DNA of 64,000 nt from a virus. Location: the IMG/VR virus record IMGVR_UViG_3300046171_000193, positions 64,001-128,000 of that record. One strand, 5' to 3'. Each line of letters opens with the position of its first letter. Position 1 is the first letter of the stretch. The translations under genes and the position numbers were made by a program. This document shows, piece by piece, positions 31,315 through 39,000 of this stretch. The notes under the pieces are model-generated. The model searched no databases. It worked only from the letters and a program-made list of their open reading frames with translations, and was not told the DNA's origin.

Positions 31315-32180
31315 TGTAATACCTTTATTGATTCTATCCAGTCTTCGCCTGTAATAGTATAAGTTCCGTTATGTGATACTGCTATACCAGCTAATTTATT
31401 TGCGGTTCTTGTTGAGGCTGATATAGACATGCCAGCCTCTGTACCTAAAGCTAATCCTGCCATAAATGTATCTCCTGCACCAGTCACATCAAATACTTCT
31501 TCAACTTCTGATTCATAGTGCTCTATAGTATCTCCGACCAATAACACTCCGTCTTCTCCTAATGTAACAACTAAATGTTCTAATTCTAAATGATCTCTTG
31601 TTAGTTGCGCTTTAGCCATTAACTCCTTTGGTGTCTTACAGACTCCTACATAATCTTCAAATTCTTTTTGGTTTGGCTTTAAAAGATATGCGCCTTTATA
31701 ATTATCTAATGATAACTTAGGATCTACTAACACTTTAGCTTTAGCATTTTTTATAAATTCTAAAGGATTTTTTATAGTTCCTTTATTATAATCTGATAAT
31801 ACAATAAGTCCACTTTCTGCATTCCATAGTTTTAGTATTTTATCTTCTAATTCAGAATTTTGTATATACTCTTCATCATCTATCCGAGACATATATCGAT
31901 TATTTGACATAATTCTAGTTTTTAGAGGTATTTTATTTGTATCAAAAAATGCATGGTAAGGATTAATTGGAAACATGTCTAAATTAGAATTATCTTTATA
32001 ACAAGCTAATCTAGCGGTAGAATAGACTTGTACAATATTATTGTATACATTGCCACAACCTCCCCATCGCTTTTCGCGTGAGGTTAAATCTACAATGGGG
32101 ACTGGTGCTTCTGGAGAAATGCGAGTTGTAGTACCATAGATATACTCATCTATAATCATATCACCTGTTACATATATCAT
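31311..32180 (-). CDS. hldA: D-glycero-D-manno-heptose-7-phosphate kinase (HldE/RfaE domain I, PfkB fold)
   Basis: GDMIIDEY, RISPEAPVP, LSDYNKG, VDPK, KPNQKE, VFDVTGAGDT. Confidence 0.9.
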   Translation of the reverse strand: MIYVTGDMIIDEYIYGTTTRISPEAPVPIVDLTSREKRWGGCGNVYNNIVQVYSTARLACYKDNSNLDMFPINPYHAFFDTNKIPLKTRIMSNNRYMSRIDDEEYIQNSELEDKILKLWNAESGLIVLSDYNKGTIKNPLEFIKNAKAKVLVDPKLSLDNYKGAYLLKPNQKEFEDYVGVCKTPKELMAKAQLTRDHLELEHLVVTLGEDGVLLVGDTIEHYESEVEEVFDVTGAGDTFMAGLALGTEAGMSISASTRTANKLAGIAVSHNGTYTITGEDWIESIKVLQ

Positions 32181-32187
32181 ATAAATA
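32180..32187 (+). promoter_or_regulatory. Late promoter TATAAATA in front of the heme oxygenase / bilin reductase pair
   Basis: Exact motif 26 nt upstream of 32214; overlaps the divergent hldA start codon by one base. Confidence 0.6.
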
Positions 32188-32213
32188 TCTATTTCATAAT
32201 TAAGGGTTACATT

Positions 32214-32747
32214 ATGGCGTTACGAGACTTAGTTAAAGACGTACACGGCAGAGCCGAAAATAGTCCTTTTGCAAAATTACTAATGTCAGGAGAAATACCT
32301 GAACAGCAGTATGCAAACTATTTATATCAGCAAAAGATCATGTATAGGGGACTTGAAAATCATGCTGATGATTTAGGTATATTAAAAGATATTCCTCATA
32401 TAAAAAGACATGAAAAAATATCTAATGATTTAGATAGTATAAAGTGCATTAAAGATTTTAGAATATACGATGTTACTCAAGAATACGTTGATTATGTAAA
32501 AACTATAGATGAACAACAATGTTGGGCACATATCTATGTTAGACACTTTGGTGACATGTACGGCGGAAACATGATCTCAAAAAGAATTCCATATGGCTTA
32601 CATAGTATGTATCAATTCGATGATAAAAAAGAATTAATCGAATATGTTAGAAACAAACTAAGTGAAGACATGGCCGATGAAGCCAAGAAAGTATTTAAAT
32701 ATGCCACTACATTATTTAGAGAATTAGAGCAAGAATATGATCTTTGA
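32214..32747 (+). CDS. hemO: Heme oxygenase (biliverdin-producing)
   Basis: Proximal His in KDVHGRAE; AHIYVRHFGDMYGG distal helix; EAKKVF. Confidence 0.88.
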   Translation: MALRDLVKDVHGRAENSPFAKLLMSGEIPEQQYANYLYQQKIMYRGLENHADDLGILKDIPHIKRHEKISNDLDSIKCIKDFRIYDVTQEYVDYVKTIDEQQCWAHIYVRHFGDMYGGNMISKRIPYGLHSMYQFDDKKELIEYVRNKLSEDMADEAKKVFKYATTLFRELEQEYDL

Positions 32748-33387
32748 AAAACTTATAGAAACTAGTGAAAAAATGAGAGAGCTTTTAGAATCTCTTTCTA
32801 CTACTAAACATATACACGATTTTCCGTGGCCTGCAACTACATATTATTCTCCTGACATTTGGCGCAGAGCAGACTTAGACATTATTGATGCGCGAGAAGA
32901 TCGAAAACTATGGATGATGCATTTGTGCGTCTATCCACATGTTAACGATCCTGCACCGATTTACGGTTTTGATATTATTGCTGGACCAAAGAAAGTAACC
33001 GGAGCCTTTCACGACTTTAGTCCTATTGATCCTGATAGTCATATATTATCACAGTTTAAAGAGAATGTACACAGTTTTATTCCATCAAAGAAAAGAGAAT
33101 TGCCTGATTGGGCAAAGGCTATATTCAGCGGTTCCATGGTTTCAGCTGGTAACGTTAGAGACCCTGACGAATTACAGGAGTTATTGGATCTTGCTGTCAA
33201 TAACTTAGAATACTTTGTAAATAATATAGGACTGAGTACTAAAACAAATTATACTCATAAACATAATTGGTATGCAATCAATCAGAAGAAAAATCCACAT
33301 ACACCAAGAGTAATGGAAAATATGGGTGTGGCTCCTGATGTAGTTAGGAAATATATAGACGAATGTTTATTTCCTGAGATTACTTAA
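32737..33387 (+). CDS. pcyX: Ferredoxin-dependent bilin reductase, PcyX/PcyA-like
   Basis: WMMHLCVYP, PIYGFDIIAG, GAFHDFSP, RELPDWAKAIFS, QKKNPHT, LFP; directly follows hemO. Confidence 0.8.
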   Translation: MIFEKLIETSEKMRELLESLSTTKHIHDFPWPATTYYSPDIWRRADLDIIDAREDRKLWMMHLCVYPHVNDPAPIYGFDIIAGPKKVTGAFHDFSPIDPDSHILSQFKENVHSFIPSKKRELPDWAKAIFSGSMVSAGNVRDPDELQELLDLAVNNLEYFVNNIGLSTKTNYTHKHNWYAINQKKNPHTPRVMENMGVAPDVVRKYIDECLFPEIT

Positions 33388-33976
33388 GGGTCTTTTCAAA
33401 CTCTGTAAGTGATTTAAATATTCGTGTTTTCTTTTTTATCTTTTGATTAGCAAAGCTATTAAGCTTCTTAATCGTTTCTTCTGTTGGATTAATTAATGCT
33501 GTTCGCGAACCAACCTTAAATGCAGCTTTAGCATCTGCAATAGTATAACCTACATACCATCCATTTTTAAAAACAATTCCCTGTTCTTGCACTGCTCTTT
33601 TAAACATTCCTGTACTTGGCTTTACAAAAGGATCTTGTTTTTCTATTCCAATAGAATAGTACATATAGTCAATAGTCATAATACCAGCATCACCAAATAC
33701 TTTCATAAGTCCTTGTAGCATAGATTCTGATTTTTGTTCAGTGGAACCAGCTTCATCCATAATTAATCCGACTTTATAACCTTTTAGTCTTAGATTTTTT
33801 ATAGCTTCTAAAGCTCCTTCAATAGGTTCTAACGATGCTCCTTGTGTAATAACATCTTTCCGTTCAAATGCTATATTAGTTTTAGGAAATGTTTTAGGCC
33901 AAATCACCTGGTTATTTTTATTTTCTACCTGACCAGGATTATAATCAGGTATTTCCATTGCTTTTAAATCAACCAT
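33380..33976 (-). CDS. GmhB/HisB-like HAD phosphatase homologue with degenerate catalytic motifs
   Basis: EGALEAIKNL, KPSTGMF, WYVG...DAKAA; DRDG is replaced by ERKD and GD by GY. Confidence 0.6.
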   Translation of the reverse strand: MVDLKAMEIPDYNPGQVENKNNQVIWPKTFPKTNIAFERKDVITQGASLEPIEGALEAIKNLRLKGYKVGLIMDEAGSTEQKSESMLQGLMKVFGDAGIMTIDYMYYSIGIEKQDPFVKPSTGMFKRAVQEQGIVFKNGWYVGYTIADAKAAFKVGSRTALINPTEETIKKLNSFANQKIKKKTRIFKSLTEFEKTLK

Positions 33977-34856
33977 TATTTAAATACGCTAATACTGCGC
34001 CCTCCGCTGAACCTGTATCACTTGGATTTGGCGGAATGTATAAGTCATCCCAGGTTTTACCAACAAGCTTTGGCATTGATTTATTAAATGCCACTCCGCC
34101 ACTTATTACTAAATTTTTACTAGTTGTAATTTTTCTTGCATATCTTAATATGTAAGTTATACACTGTTCAAATATTCCTCTTGTTGCACTTGCTATCTCT
34201 TTATTGCCTTTACCCCACCACATTCCTCGTGCGCCACGATGAAAGTTCATTTTAAATTTAGGCATAGGTTCCCATTTTTTTATTATATCTATTTCAATAT
34301 GGGTTCTTAATAGAGAAAATGGTGTAAAAGAGTGTGACATCTCTTCAAACTTTGCTTCATCCTTTTGTGGCTTTAATCCTACACGATCGGTCATAGCAGA
34401 ATAAAATAATCCCAAGCTATGAGGATATTTTGATGACTTTAGCTTTTTAAGTTTACCGTTCTCTGCTTTCCATATCGTAGTACAATCAAATTCTCCTATA
34501 CTATCAAAGACAACTACTGTTGCATCTTCAAATCCGCTTTTATAAAAAGCGGCAGCATGAGACTCATGATGTCCAACATAAGTCCATTTACAGTCAATTT
34601 GTATATCACGTAAATAACGTTTAATATTATTTCTATGAAACGGTCTCTTTTGTCCGGCTAAAAATTGCCTAATAGCTTTAAGATACGGATTTTCATACCA
34701 TACTACTAAATCAGGTTCGCCTTCTTGTTTAGCATCTCTAACTGCTTTAAGTGTATGCTTACGTCCTTTACCAGATATAACTCTAATAAGTTCTTTATCT
34801 TTAAATATGGCAATTGCCCAGTCATGGCCATTCTTTGACATACCCCATATTATCAT
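33969..34856 (-). CDS. Carbamoyltransferase N-terminal (Kae1-like) domain only
   Basis: GHD, WYENP, HHESHAA, DSIGE, YPHSLGLFYSAMT, SGGVAFN, PNPSDTGSA.GA; no C-terminal YrdC-like domain. Confidence 0.8.
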   Translation of the reverse strand: MIIWGMSKNGHDWAIAIFKDKELIRVISGKGRKHTLKAVRDAKQEGEPDLVVWYENPYLKAIRQFLAGQKRPFHRNNIKRYLRDIQIDCKWTYVGHHESHAAAFYKSGFEDATVVVFDSIGEFDCTTIWKAENGKLKKLKSSKYPHSLGLFYSAMTDRVGLKPQKDEAKFEEMSHSFTPFSLLRTHIEIDIIKKWEPMPKFKMNFHRGARGMWWGKGNKEIASATRGIFEQCITYILRYARKITTSKNLVISGGVAFNKSMPKLVGKTWDDLYIPPNPSDTGSAEGAVLAYLNNG

Positions 34857-35227
34857 TTTTGACTATTGCCTTTTGCAACTCTATAATTATCTTCTACGGA
34901 ATCTGGAGTAGAAACTTCTATAATAGTTCCTTTTTGCACGCATATGAGTTGATGCGGTATCAAAGGTTTAATTCTTCTGCTATCTCCAGCCGTTAATCTT
35001 TCTTTTTTTACAGTAGCGTCTAAAGTTTCTATTGTGAGTAAATCAAACACTCCTTCAAGAACAAACCATGATTCATCTTTTTCTGCATGGAAATGCATTG
35101 AAAATCTTGATCCTTCATTAAATGCTAATAATTTTCCACAATACTTATCATTAGTAGCAAAGATATTTTCATGGCCCCAACCTTTTTCGACAAAGCCTTC
35201 AAGTTGTGTCATTGCGAATCCTTTCAA
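34853..35227 (-). CDS. Cupin, sugar-isomerase-like (start may be 35212)
   Basis: VEKGWGHE, YCGKLL, SMHFHAEKDESW, PHQL, EVSTPDSVEDNYRV. Confidence 0.75.
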   Translation of the reverse strand: MKGFAMTQLEGFVEKGWGHENIFATNDKYCGKLLAFNEGSRFSMHFHAEKDESWFVLEGVFDLLTIETLDATVKKERLTAGDSRRIKPLIPHQLICVQKGTIIEVSTPDSVEDNYRVAKGNSQK

Positions 35228-35597
35228 TAAATTTAGTAGTAGAATACCCTATTGTATATGGTATAATTTTTATCCTAGCTAAATCGTTACCTATAACATT
35301 ATCTGGAACATAATCACCACCTTTGGTAATTATGTCTGGTCTTATATATTTAATTAATTCATATGGGTTTGGCTCATCAAAAATATAAACACGATCAACA
35401 AAGCTTAAACATTCTAATGCAAACTTTCTGTCTTCTTCTTTATTTATTGGCCTATCTGAACCTTTTAGTTTACGTACACTACTGTCTGAGTTGATACCGA
35501 CAATAAGTCTTTCTCCCCAAAAGGCAGATTCTTTTAAATAATCTAAGTGACCTCGATGTAAAATGTCGAAGCATCCATTTGTAAATACTGTTTTCAT
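35199..35597 (-). CDS. hldC: D-glycero-D-manno-heptose-1-phosphate adenylyltransferase (HldE/RfaE domain II)
   Basis: VFTNGCFDILHRGH, GINSDSSVRKLKG..RP, PDIITKGGDY, STT. Confidence 0.9.
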   Translation of the reverse strand: MKTVFTNGCFDILHRGHLDYLKESAFWGERLIVGINSDSSVRKLKGSDRPINKEEDRKFALECLSFVDRVYIFDEPNPYELIKYIRPDIITKGGDYVPDNVIGNDLARIKIIPYTIGYSTTKFIERIRNDTT

Positions 35598-36178
35598 TAA
35601 AAATATATATTAGCTGATAAGCATTTCCTAATATTTTCGGTTTTATTTTTAAACACGCCGTGTTCTAACCAACTTGGAAATAATAATAGCTTCCTTTCTT
35701 GTGGAGATATTCTTACCATATTTGGTAAATGCGATGTATTAGCTGCATACTTTTGTTGTCCAGGGTTAGAAAAATAGAAATCTCCATCTTGCCCATTACT
35801 AGCAATGTAATAAGCTACCGATATGCTTGCTGAACCATGTGAATGCTGCTGAGCATAGTCACCCTTTTCATATTTTGTTATCCAAGAAGTTCTTGAAAAG
35901 TCTCCAATATATCCTCCAATGTTTTTAGAATATTCTTGTATATGCTTTATAAGCTCATCATTAAATTCTGATAAGTCAAATTGTGATATAACATCGGATT
36001 GAAAATTTGCAGTTCCGTCGGCGGATATATTCATTTTATGTGCTTCTGAAGAATGTTCAACCGGATAATCCCATTGAACATTTTCTAATTTATCCATAGT
36101 TGTATTATGAACAGCTTCAGTAATTTCACCTTCATATACATTAATTGGAAAAATTTGTATTGTGTTTCCAGTTATCAT
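35597..36178 (-). CDS. 2OG-Fe(II) oxygenase (TIGR02466-like)
   Basis: SWI, HSH, LLLFPSWLEHGV, R..LSAN; start placed at 36178 because the promoter overlaps the longer ORF. Confidence 0.8.
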   Translation of the reverse strand: MITGNTIQIFPINVYEGEITEAVHNTTMDKLENVQWDYPVEHSSEAHKMNISADGTANFQSDVISQFDLSEFNDELIKHIQEYSKNIGGYIGDFSRTSWITKYEKGDYAQQHSHGSASISVAYYIASNGQDGDFYFSNPGQQKYAANTSHLPNMVRISPQERKLLLFPSWLEHGVFKNKTENIRKCLSANIYF

Positions 36179-36184
36179 TGTTCT

Positions 36185-36213
36185 ATTATAACACACTTCC
36201 TAGTAATTGTAAA
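36185..36213 (-). promoter_or_regulatory. Sigma70-like promoter TTTACA-N17-TATAAT for the minus-strand heptose operon
   Basis: Reverse complement TTTACA attactaggaagtgtgt TATAAT. Confidence 0.7.
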
Positions 36214-36215
36214 CG

Positions 36216-36223
36216 TATAAATA
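36216..36223 (+). promoter_or_regulatory. Late promoter TATAAATA (gp13)
   Basis: Exact motif before RBS AAGGA and gp13. Confidence 0.8.
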
Positions 36224-36250
36224 GATAAAAGTTTTTGAAAAGGAACGAAT

Positions 36251-37006
36251 ATGGCAGCACCAACATCAAGGCAAGGATTGATCGACTATTGTCTTCGTAG
36301 ACTCGGTGATCCTGTATTAGAGATCAATGTAGATGACGATCAACTTGAAGAGAGAGTTGATGATGCATTACAGATGTATCAAGAGTTTCACTCTGACGCT
36401 ACGATTAAAACATACCTAAAGCATCAGGTTACACAAACTGATGTTGATAATGGTTATATTCCTATTTCTTCTAATATTATATATGTATCTCGCTTATTAC
36501 CGATCAATTCTTCATTCGGCTCTTCTCGTAACTTCTTTGATATAAAATATCAGTTGATGTTAAATGATATTGCTGATATGCAAAACTTTGCCGGTGACTT
36601 GGCTTACTATGAGCAATTGCAACAATATCTATCGTTATTAGATATGAAGCTAAATGGGCATCCGCAAGTAGAATTTGCTAGACGACAAGATAGGCTTTAT
36701 ATACATGGTTCGTTTGCTGAAAAAGAAATAAAGGTAGGAGATTTTGTAGTTGCAGAGATATATCAAATAATAGATCCAGATACTCATACAAGTGTATATG
36801 ATGATATGTGGTTAAAAGAATATTCTACTCAGCTAATAAAACAACAATGGGGCGCAAACCTAATTAAGTTCGAAGGAATGCAATTACCTGGAGGCGTTAC
36901 ACTAAACGGTAGACAGTTATACGACGATGCTTTACAAGAAATTGATAGGCTTCGCGAACGCATACGTTTAGAACATGAACTTCCACCTAACTTTTTTGTA
37001 GGTTAA
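36251..37006 (+). CDS. gp13: Neck protein gp13
   Basis: DYCLRRLGDPVLEINVDDDQ, KQQWGANLIKFEGMQLPGGVTLNG. Confidence 0.93.
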   Translation: MAAPTSRQGLIDYCLRRLGDPVLEINVDDDQLEERVDDALQMYQEFHSDATIKTYLKHQVTQTDVDNGYIPISSNIIYVSRLLPINSSFGSSRNFFDIKYQLMLNDIADMQNFAGDLAYYEQLQQYLSLLDMKLNGHPQVEFARRQDRLYIHGSFAEKEIKVGDFVVAEIYQIIDPDTHTSVYDDMWLKEYSTQLIKQQWGANLIKFEGMQLPGGVTLNGRQLYDDALQEIDRLRERIRLEHELPPNFFVG

Positions 37007-37007
37007 C

Positions 37008-37880
37008 ATGGCACGAAATATTTATTTCTCAGATGCAATTAGATCTGAACAGAAGCTCTATGAAAATATAATCATAGAATCTCTAAAGATGTATGGACAA
37101 GATGTCTATTATCTACCGCGTACTGTTGTAAATGAGAATAGAATATTAGGCGAAGACGTATCGTCAAAATTTAGTAACTCTTATAAGATTGAGATGTACA
37201 TTGAAAACACAGAAGGATTCGACGGTGAAGGAGACTTATTCACTAAGTTCGGAGTTGAGATACGGGATGAAGCTACTTTTATCGTGTCTCGAAGACGTTG
37301 GAATACTACGGTTGGCAAAGTTGATAACCAAATAGAAGGTGAAAGACCGAGAGAAGGAGATCTCATATTCCTTCCACTTTCTAAATCAATGTTTGAAGTT
37401 ATGCATGTAGAACACGAGCAACCATTTTATCAGTTAGCAAATCTACCTACATTTAAAATGCGTTGTCAACTATTTGAATATTCTGGTGAAGATCTTGATA
37501 CGGATCTTACCACCATAGATACTATAGAACAAACAAATGCATACGAATTTGATATGGTATTAAGCGGTGTGAGTGGAGATTTCCAAATAGGCGAGAGAGT
37601 AACACAAACTCTTGTTGATGGAACTGTATTAGGTGCAGAGGTTTCTGAATGGGTATCTAGTGCAAATTCGCTTTCAGTTATTCATTTAGGCGGAAGTGAC
37701 GGAAAATTCCATCTGCCAACTACCGGAAAACTTATTACTGGTCAAGAATCAAATGCAACTGGAACTGTATCATCGTTTACGGAAGATAATCAAATGCATG
37801 CCAATGAACAAAATGATGATTTTGAAGGTTTAGATTTTATTGACTTTAGTGAGACAAATCCATTTGGGGATCCTGGATAA
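37008..37880 (+). CDS. gp14: Neck protein gp14
   Basis: YGQDVYYLPR, TKFGVEIRDE, RPREGDLIF, DFSETNPFG. Confidence 0.92.
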   Translation: MARNIYFSDAIRSEQKLYENIIIESLKMYGQDVYYLPRTVVNENRILGEDVSSKFSNSYKIEMYIENTEGFDGEGDLFTKFGVEIRDEATFIVSRRRWNTTVGKVDNQIEGERPREGDLIFLPLSKSMFEVMHVEHEQPFYQLANLPTFKMRCQLFEYSGEDLDTDLTTIDTIEQTNAYEFDMVLSGVSGDFQIGERVTQTLVDGTVLGAEVSEWVSSANSLSVIHLGGSDGKFHLPTTGKLITGQESNATGTVSSFTEDNQMHANEQNDDFEGLDFIDFSETNPFGDPG

Positions 37881-38665
37881 TGTTTGGAAATTATTTTTAT
37901 CATCAAAGAATAAGAAAAGCAGTAGCTACTTTTGGTGCTATGTTTAACGACATATACGTTTTGCGTAAAGACGCTAGCGGTGGTATTATTAACACACAAA
38001 AAGTACCTTTATCTTACGGACCTAGGTCTAAGTTTCTCGATAGAATCAGAGAAGTACCTGATCTAGAAGAACGCAGAGTAGCGATAAAGCTTCCTCGTAT
38101 GTCATTTGAGATTATGAATATTTCTTATGATCCTGCAAGACAGTTGCCAAAAGCTAACGTTACTGCACGTGCCCCCGTGGCCGGTACAGTTTTATCTCGT
38201 AGTAAGATAGAAGTTGGCGTTCCATATATGATTAGCTTTCAACTGAGCGTTTTTGCAAAAATGCAAGACGACGCTTTGCAGGTGGTTGAACAAGTTATAC
38301 CATATTTTAATCCACAATATACTTTAAGCATTAAACCTTTTGACGATATTGATACTATAAAAGAAGACGTACCAATTATTTTGACTGGCGTTACAATGAA
38401 TGATGACTATGAAGGTGAGGTTGCTTCACGTAGAACAATAGTATATACCATGGACTTTGATATGCATATTACGTTTCACGGACCGGTTACATCTAGTGGT
38501 ATTATACGTACAGCTATTACTGATATTCTCGATATTAATGCCGGGCTTAATGATTCAGACGTTCCATTAGAAAGAATAACAGTGACACCTAATCCAGGCA
38601 GTGCTAGCCCAGACAGTGACTTTGGATTTACAACAAATATATTAGGAATTGACAGTGCGTTATGA
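37880..38665 (+). CDS. gp15: Tail terminator / sheath stabiliser gp15
   Basis: YFYHQRIRK, VPLSYGP, LPRMSFE, DALQVVEQVIPYFNP. Confidence 0.92.
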   Translation: MFGNYFYHQRIRKAVATFGAMFNDIYVLRKDASGGIINTQKVPLSYGPRSKFLDRIREVPDLEERRVAIKLPRMSFEIMNISYDPARQLPKANVTARAPVAGTVLSRSKIEVGVPYMISFQLSVFAKMQDDALQVVEQVIPYFNPQYTLSIKPFDDIDTIKEDVPIILTGVTMNDDYEGEVASRRTIVYTMDFDMHITFHGPVTSSGIIRTAITDILDINAGLNDSDVPLERITVTPNPGSASPDSDFGFTTNILGIDSAL

Positions 38666-39000
38666 TGGATTCAAACACAGCTAATAATGACTTTGAGTAT
38701 GCTCGACAGATATATCATGATCTGTTAGCAAAAGGATCTGAGTCAATGGAAGAGATGATGGAGGTTGCAAGAGCAACTGAACATCCTCGTGCCTTTGAAG
38801 TTTTATCTAATATGATGAAAAACATATCAGATATTAATGGCAATCTTATGGATATGCATAAGAAGAAAAAAGACTTTGAACAAAAAGAACAGAAAGCTTT
38901 GCCTCAAGGGCAGACTACAAATAATGTTTTTGTTGGATCTACTTCAGATTTACAACGTATGCTACAAGATGAAATGATTGATGTTACTCCAAAAGAATGA
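38662..39000 (+). CDS. gp16: Terminase small subunit gp16
   Basis: DFEYAR, EHPRAFEV, NNVFVGSTSDLQ. Confidence 0.9.
   Translation: MMDSNTANNDFEYARQIYHDLLAKGSESMEEMMEVARATEHPRAFEVLSNMMKNISDINGNLMDMHKKKKDFEQKEQKALPQGQTTNNVFVGSTSDLQRMLQDEMIDVTPKE

Noticed and set aside
32214-33387. Cyanophage assignment from ho1/pcyA-like genes and a cupredoxin
   Set aside because: No photosystem or hli genes here, the cupredoxin is pseudoazurin-type, and DUF1127 and the ROSE-like element favour an alphaproteobacterial host. The host remains an inference.
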